A model generated the notes under the pieces. That model made no database searches and was not told where the DNA came from. It saw nothing but the letters and a program-made list of their open reading frames with translations. A program made the translations under genes and the position numbers. From Anaeramoeba ignava BMAN (Eukaryota > Protista > Anaeramoebae), in NCBI GenBank assembly GCA_028826165.1, contig JAPDFW010000095.1, positions 195,807 through 259,806 on the forward strand: 64,000 bases of DNA, given 5' to 3'. The first letter of the stretch is position 1. Each line of letters starts with the position of its first letter. Positions 1 through 11,600 of the stretch are shown one piece after another.

Positions 1-590
1 ATTTAAAATTGATATAAAATTGATATAAAAATTGATTTAAAATTGATTTAAAATTGATATAAAATTGATTTAAAATTGATTTAAAATTGATTTAAAATTG
101 ATTTAAAATTGATTTAAAATTGATTTAAAATTGATTTAAAATTGATTTAAAATTGATTTAAAATTGATTTAAAATTGATTTAAAATTGATTTAAAATTAA
201 TTTTAAAATTGATTTAAAATTGATTTTAAAATTGATTTAAAATTAATTTAAAATTGATTTAAAATTGATTTAAAATTGATTTAAAATTAATTTAAAATTG
301 ATTTAAAATTGATTTAAAATTGATTTAAAATTGATTTAAAATTGATTTAAAATTGATATAAAATTAATATAAAATTGATATAAAATTAATTTTAAATTGA
401 TATAAAATTAATTTTAAATTGATATAAAATTGATTTAAAATTGATATAAAATTAATATAAAATTGATATAAAATTAATTTAAAATTAATATAAAATTGAT
501 TTAAATTGATATAAAATTGATTTAAAATTGATTTAAAATTGATTTAAAATTGATATAAAATTGATTTAAAATTAATATAAATTTGATTTT
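1..590. repeat. Tandem repeat of the 11-mer ATTTAAAATTG (variant ATATAAAATTG)
   Basis: The unit is directly visible, repeated about 50 times from the window edge. Confidence 0.95.
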
Positions 591-678
591 AAAATTGTAT
601 TTTCTGGTTCATTTTCTTTTTAAAAATTGTATTTTCTTGTTCATTTTCTTTTTTAAAATTTATATTTTCCTTGTTAAA

Positions 679-996
679 TTAAATGATTAAAAAAAAAGGA
701 ACGAGAATAAAAAAAATATTTAAAAGAGAAAAAACAAAAGAAGAAGAAGAAGCAAAATTGCAGTCAAAAACAGTACAAGAAAGATCATGTTGTCTAACAC
801 CAGAACATTTTAAACCTTCTTTTTCTAAACACCAATAAAGCATTCCATCTCCATCATCTTGTCCACACCAAAAACACTCTTTTTGTAAACAATATTCACT
901 ATATTCTTCTGTTCTTCCAACCCAAAAACATCCTTCATCATTTTTTGTAATTTCAAAAACTAAAATTATAATTATAATAATAAATAGTTTTTTCAT
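679..996 (-). CDS. Small Cys-rich secreted or surface protein, possibly GPI-anchored
   Basis: 105-aa ORF with a hydrophobic N-terminus (MKKLFIIIIIILVF), an 8-Cys core, a Ser-rich spacer (ASSSS) and a terminal hydrophobic tail. Confidence 0.7.
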   Translation of the reverse strand: MKKLFIIIIIILVFEITKNDEGCFWVGRTEEYSEYCLQKECFWCGQDDGDGMLYWCLEKEGLKCSGVRQHDLSCTVFDCNFASSSSFVFSLLNIFFILVPFFLII

Positions 997-1329
997 TCAA
1001 ATTGTTTTTTAAATTGTTTTTTAATAAAGGAAAAAATGATTTATTTTTTTTTTGTTTTGTTTTGTTAATTTTAATAAAAAAAAAAGGGAATTAAAATTAA
1101 ATTTTAATTTTAAATAAAACTTGTCTGAAAATTTTAAATTAAAAATTAAATTTTAATTTTAAATAAATCTTGTCTGAAAATTTTAAATTAAAATTTTTTT
1201 ATTTAAAAAGTTGTCCATTTTTTTGTATCCTTTTTATTTTTTTTTTGAAGTATTTAAAAGATTTTTTTTTTTTGTTAAAATTCATTCTTTTTTTTTGATT
1301 AATTTTGATTTTTTTTTTATTAGTTAAAA

Positions 1330-2745
1330 ATGAGTTTTTATTATGAGAAGAAAACAAATCTTTTAGAATTCAATAAAGAAGCTCATCCATTTTCACAATT
1401 AGCAACTAAAACAAGTGATTTCAAAATTACAATCCAAGAGAATAATCAAGAAGAAGTAATCTTGACACATCGATTCATCCTTGCACTTCAAAGTGATTAT
1501 TTCAAAGCAATGTTCCAAACAGGAATGCAAGAATCAACATCTCATGAACTTTTACTGAAAGATGTCTCAATCCAAATATTCAAAAAAATCATTCTGTTCA
1601 TTTACACTGGAAAAGTGGAATTGAATTATGATATTCTCCTTGATTTCCTGATTAATTTCAGAAGATTCTTGATAAATGATCTTGAACTGGAAAAAGCTGC
1701 CTCCAACTTTATTGCTCAAAATATTGAAATTTCAAATGTTGTAAATATTTTCAGATTCGCAAAATTTTATAAGTTTCAAATTTTGGTGAATTCCTGTATC
1801 AAATTCATTAAGAAAAACATAAATATTTTCTTGAAAGAACGATATCTTTTTCTCAGCTTAAATTATGAAGAATTACTGGATATTTTGGATCAAAATGATT
1901 TAGAAGTTGATGAACTTGAATTACTCAAAGAAACTTTGATTTGGTGGAATAGATATCCATATTCAGATTTTGCTACAATGGAAGATCTAAATCCAAAAGA
2001 ACCGACACAAGAATATTTGGAAATGAAACAAGAACTTCTTTCAAGAATTCGTTTTTGTGCAATTTTTCCAAAGAAACTCTTCAAAAACAAGGAAATTCTG
2101 GAACAACTTCCACAAGATTTGATCATGAAATTTGAAGATTTTCATTCCCAAAGAACAGAATTATCACAAGATCCACTGATAGAAGAAAATCCAAGTTATT
2201 TCTCAATTTTAGCCCCCGATAGATCCTCAAAGAATTTTTTACCAAGATTTGTTTTCCAAGAGAGTCACATTCTGAACAATGAAAATTTGATTTATAATTA
2301 TTTAAACACTTGGATTTACAACCCACATTTTTTCAAAATGAGACTTGGTTATTCAGGAAAAAGAGATGGTTTTGATTCAAGAATTTTTCACTCCTTGTGC
2401 GATAATAAAAGAAACACTTTAGTTTTGATAAAAACAAGTGATTTTGTTGTTGGTTGTTTTACTAAAATTGGCTTTGCTTCTGATTCTCAATTTTGGAATT
2501 CAAAAAGATTTCATGAAGTTCATCGTTATAACTTCATTTTTGATCCTGATGCATTTTTTTTCAAGTTTGATCTTCAAAATGGTGTTGTTGATCGATTTGT
2601 GGAAAAAAGTTTAAACACTCTCCAATATGATATTGATTATGGTCCTGTTTTTGGTTCTTCTTGGATTTGGACTAATTTAGGTAATCGATCATTGAAAATG
2701 AATTCAGAATATTTTCAAATCAATGAAATTGAAGTTTTCTTTTAA
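1330..2745 (+). CDS. BTB-BACK-TLDc domain protein
   Basis: Intronless 471-aa ORF. BTB motifs SDFKI..HRFILALQSDYFKAMF and FIYTG, a BACK-like region (IRF), and TLDc motifs RDGFDSRIFHSLCDNK, YGPVFG and EIEVF. Confidence 0.9.
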   Translation: MSFYYEKKTNLLEFNKEAHPFSQLATKTSDFKITIQENNQEEVILTHRFILALQSDYFKAMFQTGMQESTSHELLLKDVSIQIFKKIILFIYTGKVELNYDILLDFLINFRRFLINDLELEKAASNFIAQNIEISNVVNIFRFAKFYKFQILVNSCIKFIKKNINIFLKERYLFLSLNYEELLDILDQNDLEVDELELLKETLIWWNRYPYSDFATMEDLNPKEPTQEYLEMKQELLSRIRFCAIFPKKLFKNKEILEQLPQDLIMKFEDFHSQRTELSQDPLIEENPSYFSILAPDRSSKNFLPRFVFQESHILNNENLIYNYLNTWIYNPHFFKMRLGYSGKRDGFDSRIFHSLCDNKRNTLVLIKTSDFVVGCFTKIGFASDSQFWNSKRFHEVHRYNFIFDPDAFFFKFDLQNGVVDRFVEKSLNTLQYDIDYGPVFGSSWIWTNLGNRSLKMNSEYFQINEIEVFF

Positions 2746-2870
2746 ATCTGATCAAAAAGAAAGAAAGAAAAAAAAAATTTATTCAATTTTATTCTTTTTA
2801 TTTTTGTTTTTATTTTTTTTTTTTTTCATTTTTTTCTTAATTTCTTTTGCTATTTTTTTTTTTCAATAAA

Positions 2871-3974
2871 ATGTTTCGTAAAAAAAAAGATAAAGAAAAA
2901 CAAAAAAAAGAACCAAAAAAAAGAAGAAATACATTTTCTAAATTATTTTCTAAATCAAAAAAAACAACACAAATTGTTAATCCAAATGATATTAAAAATA
3001 TTGAAGGAATAAATTATTCTCCTTTTCTTTCCAGATATAAAACACTTGTTGTTTGTTCGAAAGATGCAAAATTACCAAGTGATGTTGATTCAAATTCAGA
3101 TCAAAATCAAATTGAAAATTTAAATTCAAATTCAAATTCAAAAAAAACTGAAGAAAATTTAGAAAAAAAACAAACAAGTCAAGTTTTAAATCAAGGAATT
3201 AATTCTGAAGAAAAAACCAAGAATGGAAAAATTGGAATTGATTTAAACCAAGTTGATGTAAAATTGAAAATATTTTAATTTTGAATTTTAATTTTAATTT
3301 TAAAATGAATTTTAATTTTAATTTTAATTTTAATTTCAATATTAATTTTAATTTTAATTTTAATTTTGAATTTAATTTCAATTTTAATTTTAATTTTAAT
3401 TTTAATTTTAATTTTAATTTAATTTTGAATTTAATTTTAAAATGAATTTTAATTTTAATTTTAATTTTAATTTTCAAATGAATTTTAATTTATTTAGATA
3501 ACTCAATTACAACAATTAACTTCAGCTTCTTTACTTTCTAAATTTTTTATCGAAAATTCAAGTGAAATTTTAGAAAAACAAGATAATTTTCAAGAGAATT
3601 TTTTATATTCAAAATTTATAACAAAATTTGATAATTTAACTCAAAATGAAGCAAAATTTATTAAAAATTGGATTGAAATTAGAAAAGAAGAAATTTATCA
3701 AATAATCAAAAAATTTCCTCAACAAACAATTCTTTCATTTTTATTAATTGATCTTGTTAATTTTTTTGAAGAAGTTTCAACAGAATTTGGAAATTTAGAT
3801 CCAAAAGAAAAAAAAATTTTAGAACAAAAATTAATTCAATCTAAAATTAATAATGAATCTTTAAAATCTGATCAAAATAATAATAAATTATTGAATTCTG
3901 AAGAAAAAATGCCAATTATTCCTCAAAGACCAACAAATCCAAATTGGTTTCAAGAAAAAATTGGAAAAAAATAA
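2871..3974 (+). CDS. Hypothetical protein with Lys-rich N-terminus (2 exons: 2871-3257, 3498-3974)
   Basis: ATG at 2871. A phase-0 GT..AG intron (3258-3497) is filled with (TTTTAA)n. Exon 2 is open to TAA at 3972-3974. No family recognised. Confidence 0.65.
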
Positions 3975-3999
3975 GAAATAATTTAAAAATTAAGAATTA

Positions 4000-4630
4000 A
4001 AATAAATTTGATGTAAAACAAGAAATTAAAAACAATTTTTTTTTGAGATTTTTAATTTTGAATTAAATTTGAATTAAATTTTGATAAATTTGATGTAAAA
4101 CAAGAAATTAAAAACAATTTTTTTTTGAGATTTTTAATTTTGAATTAAATTTGAATTAAATTTTGAATTAATTTGGATTAAATTTTGAATTAAAATTTGA
4201 AATGAAATTGAATTAAATTTTGAATTAAATTTGAATTAAATTTTGAATTAAAATTTGAAATGAAATTGAATTAAATTTTGAATTAAATTTGAATTAAAAT
4301 TTGAAATGAAATTTTGAAAGAAATTTGGAAATGAAATTTGAATTAAATTTGAATTAAAATTTGGATTAAAATTTGAATTAAATTTGAATTAAAATTGAAA
4401 TGAATTTTGGATTAAAAATTGAATTAAATTTGAATTAAAATTTGAAATGAAATTTTGAAAGAAATTTGGAAATGAAATTTGAATTAAATTTGAATTAAAA
4501 TTTGGAAATGAAATTTGAATTAAATTTGAATTAAATTTGAATTAAAATTGAATTAAATTTTGGATTAAAATTTGAATTAAAATTTGAAATGAAATTTGAA
4601 TTAAATTTTGAATTAAAATTTGAATTGAAA
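4000..4630. repeat. Approximately 80-bp tandem duplication followed by a degenerate (GAATTAAATTT)n satellite
   Basis: aaatttgatgtaaaacaagaaattaaaaacaa... occurs at about 4004 and 4086, followed by GAATTAAATTT units up to the ankyrin-BTB stop codon. Confidence 0.85.
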
Positions 4631-7600
4631 TTAATTAAGCTTTAAATAAGCTTGCGCTCTTTCAAATTCAAAAGAAAAACTTGAATTCTGATTTAATTGA
4701 TAATAATCAGATGCATCTTCTAATTGAGATAAAATATCTGAATCAACCATTTGTTCATCAATCTGATCCAAATAAAAAAACTTAACTAAAACTTGAAGAG
4801 AAGAAATGGTTTTTCCACTATAATCAGATACTTTATTAGAAGAATCATTAACACTGAGAAACATTCCTCTAAAAAGTTCACTTCTTGCCATTAAAACTAA
4901 TCGATGAACCTTAATTTCCTCATTATCACAAACAAGTGTAAAATCTTTTGTTTCTTCATCAGCAAATAAACTTCTTAAATCGTTTAAAATTCCAAACCGA
5001 TTTTTTTTATTCAAAAACCAATCACTTGGTAATCCAATTTCATTTGCAAAATTTTCTTCAAATTTTTCTTCCTTTTTTGTTGGAATTCCTGAATATAAAA
5101 ATTCCAAAAACATGAAAACTTCGTTCTTTGTTTTCTTTTCACAAATTTCACAAAATTTCTCTTGAATTTTTGGATCTGAACTTAATCTCCAGTTAATCAT
5201 AAATTTATGAGCAGGAATTTCTCCTTCAATTGTTTGAAGTTTGTAATCTGATATCTCACTTAAGTTTAATAGACTTCTGAAATCATCACAAATTGTGTTA
5301 TAAGTTGATAAAGTTTTTTGAAACCAATTCTATTTTAATAATTGATTTTTTTTTTGTTATTAAATTAAAAAACACTTTTTGTTTGTTTGTTTTTTTTCAA
5401 AAACGAATTGAAAATATTTTTGTTTACATGCTGATCAATTTTATCATATTTTATTCCAATTCTAGATAATTCTTTGCAAATATCCAATTTTTGACTATTA
5501 AATGCTGAAGTGATTAAAGATTCCTAAAATTAAAATTCAAATTCAAATTAATATTAAAATCAAATTAATATTTATTTGAAAATTATAATTACATATTTTG
5601 GATCGTTTATATCTATTCCTGCTCTTATTAAACTGTTAACAAGAAAATGAGAATTTGATTGATTTCTCTTCATTACTAATCCTAAAGGAAATTCTTCCTG
5701 ATAAAAAAAATCAAAAATCAAAAATCAAAAATCAAAAATCAAAAATCAAAATCGAAAATTAAAAAATTTACAAACTAAAATTCAATCAAAATAGAAAAAA
5801 TATTATTTAAATATAAATAAGAATAAAAAATTTTTCTTCATTTTAAATGTTTTTTTTTTTTTTACTTTCTATTTATTTTTAAAAAAGTTCAAATTAATTG
5901 GAAAACAAATGATTAATTTTTTCTTGTTTTTTTTTTATTTCTGAAAAAATGATAGAAATACATTCTTCGAGTTTATATCAACTCCCTTTTTAATTAAAAA
6001 TTCAACTTCCTTAAGTTTAACAGATGGATTTTTTAACAATTCATGAAGAAGTGAATCTTGCTAATTTTTTTATTTAATCAAAAGAAATCAAAATTACTTT
6101 CTTTCTTTTTAAAGGAAAAAAAAAAGAAAAATTTACATTATCCTATTTAAAATTATAAAAATAATCTTAATAAAAACTAATTTTCACAATAATAACATTT
6201 ATTAATAATATTTATTTTTACAGAAAGACTTTTTGGAGAAACTCCTTGTTCTTCTAAATATAAAAACTCTTCTTCATTAATTCCGTTTTTAACTGAATAA
6301 AATAGAACATTTTTATTCTAAAAATGATTTAAAATTACAAAATCAAAACCAAATCAATTTTTTTTTCAATCTTGATTTTATTTCTTTACAGTCTAAAATA
6401 AATTTTTAAATTTTTAAATTTTAAATTTTAAAAATTCAATATAATTTTTACTGACTAAGTTTTTATAATTAAATTAAATTAAATTATCTTTAATTTTCTT
6501 ATTCTTTTTTTTATTTACATCAACAGATTTAAAATCATAACCAATTTCTTTTAATTTCTTTAAAAATTCAACTCCAAATTTCTTTTTGCAAACTTCAAAT
6601 AATTCATCACACTAAATTTTACAAAAAGTTTAAATTAAAATAAAATAAATTTTAAAAGCAAAATAATATAATTTACTTTCTTTGAAGGTTTTGCTCCTTT
6701 TTCAATGAGAAAATTAATTACTTCCAAACTTGAATTTCCAAAAATTGCTAAACTAAAAGGTGTGGAACCCTAAAAAGTTTTTTTTGTTTTGGATAAATCA
6801 TTTAAAACTAAAATGAACTCAATAAAATTTACATTCTAAAATAAAAATCAATTGGAATTAAAAAAATATTAAGGAATTCATATTGATTTATTTACAACCT
6901 TAATAAAAATAATAAGAAAATTTTTAATTCAATTTTAATTTATTTTTTTTTTCAAAATACTGAAGATTGATTGATAATTTCATCAGTTGTTAATAAAGAA
7001 ATAATTTCAAGTGAAGAACCATTTTCAGCTGCGAAATGAAGAGGATAATATCCCTAAAACAAAACAAAACAAAACAAAACAAATGAATTTTTTTTTTCAA
7101 AAAGAATTAAATTTTAATACTTACTTTCTAAATAATTTCAAAATTAAATAATTTCAAAATTAAATTAAATTAAATTAAATTTACAATCTTTTTTAAATAA
7201 TTTCCCAAATAAATTAAAATTAAAATTAAAATTAAAATTAAAATTAAAATTAATTTTTTTTACTGTTGGAATTGTAATTTTTGCTCCTCTTTCAATTAAT
7301 AATTTGATTATTGGAAAACCTGATTTAAGTTCAATTGCATTATGAAGTGGAGTTCTTGACTAAAAAAATAATTGAAAATGAAAATTAAAATAATAAAAAT
7401 CAAAATTTAAAATTAAAATATTACTTTCTAAAATTTAATTCAAAATAAAAAAAGTAAAAATAATAAGTAAAATAAAGAAATATCAAAATAAATTCAAAGA
7501 AATTTACCATCTAAAAAAAATTCCAAATTAAAAAAAATTCCAAATTAAAAAAAATTCCAAATTAAAAAAATTTCCAAATTAAAAAAAATTCCAAATTAAA

Positions 7601-8100
7601 AAATTTTTTTTTACATTTTTTGCATTTGGATCTGCACCTGCATCAAGTAAAATTTCAATAACTTCAATAGGAGGTCTAAATAAACAAGCATAATGCAAAG
7701 GAGTCCAATTCTTTTATTTTATTTTTATTTATTTTTTTTTTAAATAAAATTTTTTTTTTCGAACTTTTTTATTAGAAAAATTTTTTACTTCCTAAATAAA
7801 GTTTTTTATAAATAAATTTTATTTATAAATAAATTATAATTTATTTATTTTTTACGTTCTAAAAAAAATTATTTATGAAATTGAAAATAAACAATAAACC
7901 AAAATGGAAAAAAAATTAATAAAATTTATTTTGCAAACTCCCTATTAAAAAAATAAATTAAATAAAAAAACAATTTTTTTAATTAACTTCTTTTCTTTTT
8001 TTCTTTTTTTTACATAAGTTTCTTCAAAAACTTTTGGTTCTTTTAAAAATTCTTTAATTCCTTGAATATATTTTGAGCGAATTGCTTGAAAGATTGACAT
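4631..8100 (-). CDS. Ankyrin-repeat + tandem BTB protein (about 565 aa, 25 exons including 14 microexons)
   Basis: Large exons: 8014-8100, 7615-7710, 7264-7359, 6961-7053, 6677-6769, 6519-6611, 6222-6317, 5962-6060, 5593-5697, 5428-5523, 4631-5329. All lengths are multiples of 3 with GT-AG boundaries. They translate to ankyrin repeats (NWTPLHYAC..LLDAGADPNAKN; SRTPLHNAI..LIERGAK; GYYPLHFAAENG; GSTPFSLAI..LIEKGAK) and C-terminal BTB domains (IPAHKFMINWR; VHRLVLMARSELFRGMF). Confidence 0.9.
5772..7941 (-). other. Series of single-codon microexons in the ankyrin-BTB gene
   Basis: AG|NNN|GT units on the minus strand at 7939-7941 (Gly), 7856-7858 (Asn), 7789-7791 (Glu), 7508-7510 (Met), 7425-7427 (Lys), 7185-7187 (Ile), 7125-7127 (Lys), 6896-6898 (Val), 6833-6835 (Asn), 6452-6454 (Ser), 6390-6392 (Thr), 6137-6142 (Asp-Asn, 6 nt), 5866-5868 (Lys) and 5772-5774 (Phe). 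Confidence 0.85.
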
Positions 8101-8625
8101 TTTAAAAAAATGAGAAAAATGAAAAATAAAAAAACAATTTTTTTGCTTTTTTTTTTTATATAAAATTGGTTTAAAAAAAAAACAAAAAAACAAACTAAAA
8201 ATAATCAAATCAAACTCAAAAAAATCAACTCAATTCAAGCAAACCAATTTAATTCTAATTTTAATTCCAATTTATTTAATTTAATTCCAATTTATTATTT
8301 AATATTTAATTTTATATTTAATATTTAATTCTAATTTTTAATTTTAATTTAATATTTAATTCTAATTTAATATTTAATATTTAATTTTAATTCCAATTTA
8401 ATATTTAATATTTAATTTAATATTTAATTTAATATTTAATTCCAATTTTATATTTAATTTAATATTTAATATTTAATATTTAATTTAATATTTAATTCCA
8501 ATTTTAATTCCAATTTTAATTCCAATTTTATATTTAATTTTAATTCCAATTTTAATTCCAATTTAATATTTGATTTAATTCTAATTTAATATTTAATTTA
8601 ATTCAAATTTAAATTTGAAAATGTT

Positions 8626-11600
8626 TCAATTTGTTTTGGTTTTTTGTTCTTTTTTCTGATGATCAAAAGTATTATCAAAATTTAAAAGAGCACCATAAGG
8701 AGCAGTAGAAATACCACATAAATTTTGGTCAGCAACAATTCTAGCAAAACCATTTTCACCCCAAAAATTTCCCCAAGAATTTTTAATAATCCAAAATTCT
8801 GTATCATTTTCAACACCATATCCAACAAGAAGAACAGCATGATTAAGATCATTCAAATTAGTTTTGCATTGAGAAGTATTATATATTCCTGATTTATAAA
8901 AGATAAAATCAAGGTTTGATGCATCCATCATTGTTGCTATTGGTCCAACTGAATAAATAAAATCAGATAATTTTGAAAATGTTGTATCTGGTAGACTTAA
9001 AAGTTCTTTGATTTTGATTAAACTTGGTGTTTGTGGTGTTAGGCAATAACTTTCTATTCCAATATATGGAAATGTTGTACTTTCATCAATTCCATTTTCT
9101 TGTATCCAAGCTAATGCATCTTGTGGCTTTTTTAAATATTAATTTTAATTTTCAAATGAATTTTAATTTTAATTTTAATTTAATTTTATAAATGAATTTT
9201 AAATTTTAATTTTAAATTTTAATTTTAATTTTAAATTTTAATTTTTAATTTTAATTTTAATTTTAATTTTAATTTTAATTTTAATTTTAATTTTAATTTT
9301 AATTATAATTTTAATTTTAATTTTAATTCCAATATTTAATTTTAATTATAATTATAATTATAATTTTAATTTTAATTTTAAAATGTACATATCCTCCTAA
9401 ACAACTATCTGATAATGTAGATGAACAAGCAATTATAGTTTGTTCTGAAAAATCGATAAAAGTAGAAGTAGCAATTTTATAAGCACCTAAAACAATAAAA
9501 ACAATAAAAATAAAAATAAAATAAAAATAAAAACAAAAATAATAAAAATAATAAAAATAAAATAAAAAACCTTCAATAACTCCAGTAGTTGCAAAAGCCC
9601 AACCTGAAGCACACATTCCTTGATCTTCTGCTGGTGTTACTACATCAAAATCAGTCCAATTAAATGTTTCAGGTTTCCCTGGAATTACTTCAACTGATTC
9701 AAATTGTTTTGTTTTCGAATCATCTTCTATTAAATGTTTTTTTGGATTTCCAAGAATTAATCTATTGATTTCCTCTTTTGACATATGAATAAATTGATTT
9801 GGAGCCACTAATGATTTTGAATTTGATTTTGATTTTGAATTTGAATTTGAATTTAATTTTGAATTTGAATTTGAATTTGAATTTAAATTTTGAATTTAAT
9901 TTTGAATTTAATTTTGATTTTAATTTTGAATTAAATTTGAATTTGAATTTAATTTTAATTTTAATTTTAATTTAAATTTAATTTTGAATTTGAATTTAAA
10001 TTTGAATTTAATTTTGAATTTAATTTTGAATTTAATTTTGAATTTGAATTTAAATTTGAATTTGAATTTGAATTTGAATTTGAATTTGAATTTAATTTTG
10101 AATTTAATTTTGAATTTAATTTTGAATTTGATTTTAATTTTAATTTTAATTTTAATTTTAATTTTAATTTTGAATTTAATTTTATAAATGAATTTTAAAT
10201 TTATAAATGAATTTTAATTTTAATATTAATTTTCAAATGAATTTTAATTTTAATTTGAATTTAATTTTGAATTTGAATTTGAATTTGAATTTGAATTTAA
10301 ATTTGAATTTTAATTTTTAATTTAAATTTCAATTTCAAAATTCCTAACATTTAAAATTGGGATTATTTTTGTTATGTTCATCAATAAATTTCAAATTTTC
10401 TTGTAAAATTTTTCCTCGAGAAAATAAAGATTCTTTTTCTTTTAAATTATTAATATCTAAATCAAGATTAGATAAACCAATTTTTTGAAGACTAGAAGAT
10501 ATCACTTCAAGAGGTATAGGAAATCTATCATCTTGTTGTAAAGAATATTCACAAGTATGATTAATTTGATCAGCGAATTCATCATTAACATTTGGCTTAT
10601 TTATTAAATTTAAAATTTGAGTTTAAATTTTAATTTTAATTTTAATTTTTAATTTAATTTTGAATTTGAATTTAATTTAATTTTAATATAAATATAAATA
10701 TAAATATAAATATAAATATATAAATATAAATATAAATATAAATATAAATATAAATATAAATATAAATATAAATATAAATATAAATATAAATATAAATATA
10801 AATATAAATATAAATATAAATATAAATATAAATATAAATATAAATATAAATATAAATATAAATATAAATATAAATATAAATATAAATATAATTATAAATA
10901 TAAATATAAATATAAATATAAATATAAATATAAATATAAATATAAATATTTAAAATATAAATATAAATATAATTATAAATATAAATATAATTATAATTAT
11001 AATTATAATTATAAATATAAATATAATTATAAATATAAATATAAATATAAATATAATTATAAATATAAATATAAATATAAATATAAATATAAAATATAAA
11101 TATAAATATAAATATAAATATAAATATAAATAAATATAAATATAAATATAAATATTTAAATTAAATATAAATATAAATATAAATATAAATATAAATATAA
11201 ATATAAATATAAATATAAATATAAATATAAATATAAATATAAATATAAATATAAATATAAATATAAATATAAATATAAATATAAATATAAATATAAATAT
11301 AAATATAAATATAAATATAAATATTAATATAAATATAAATATAAATATAAATCTAAATCTAAATCTAAATATAAATATAAATATAAATATAAATATAATT
11401 ATAAATATAAATATTTAAAATATAATTATAAAATTGAATTAAAATTGAATTATAAAATTGAATTAAAATTGAATTAATTTATCAATCATCTTAAATCCTA
11501 ATCCTTTGAATACTAAACAAATCATTAATAAAAAGAAATAACAAAAATATTCCAAAATAAAAAAACGAGAAAAAAGATACTTGATAAAGAAAATACTCCA

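Noticed and set aside
1-590. Telomeric repeat or CRISPR-like array
   Set aside because: The unit has no G-rich telomeric character, there are no unique spacers, and similar AT satellites occur throughout the window.
1090-1195. Approximately 50-bp tandem duplication containing CTTGTCTGAAAA between divergent genes
   Set aside because: It could be regulatory, but two copies in AT-rich DNA give no support beyond a local duplication.
6098-6100. Possible additional 3-nt microexon (AAA, Lys)
   Set aside because: It would need 36- and 37-nt flanking introns, far shorter than the others in this gene, and the 6-nt exon already supplies the two hairpin residues. Left uncalled pending RNA data.
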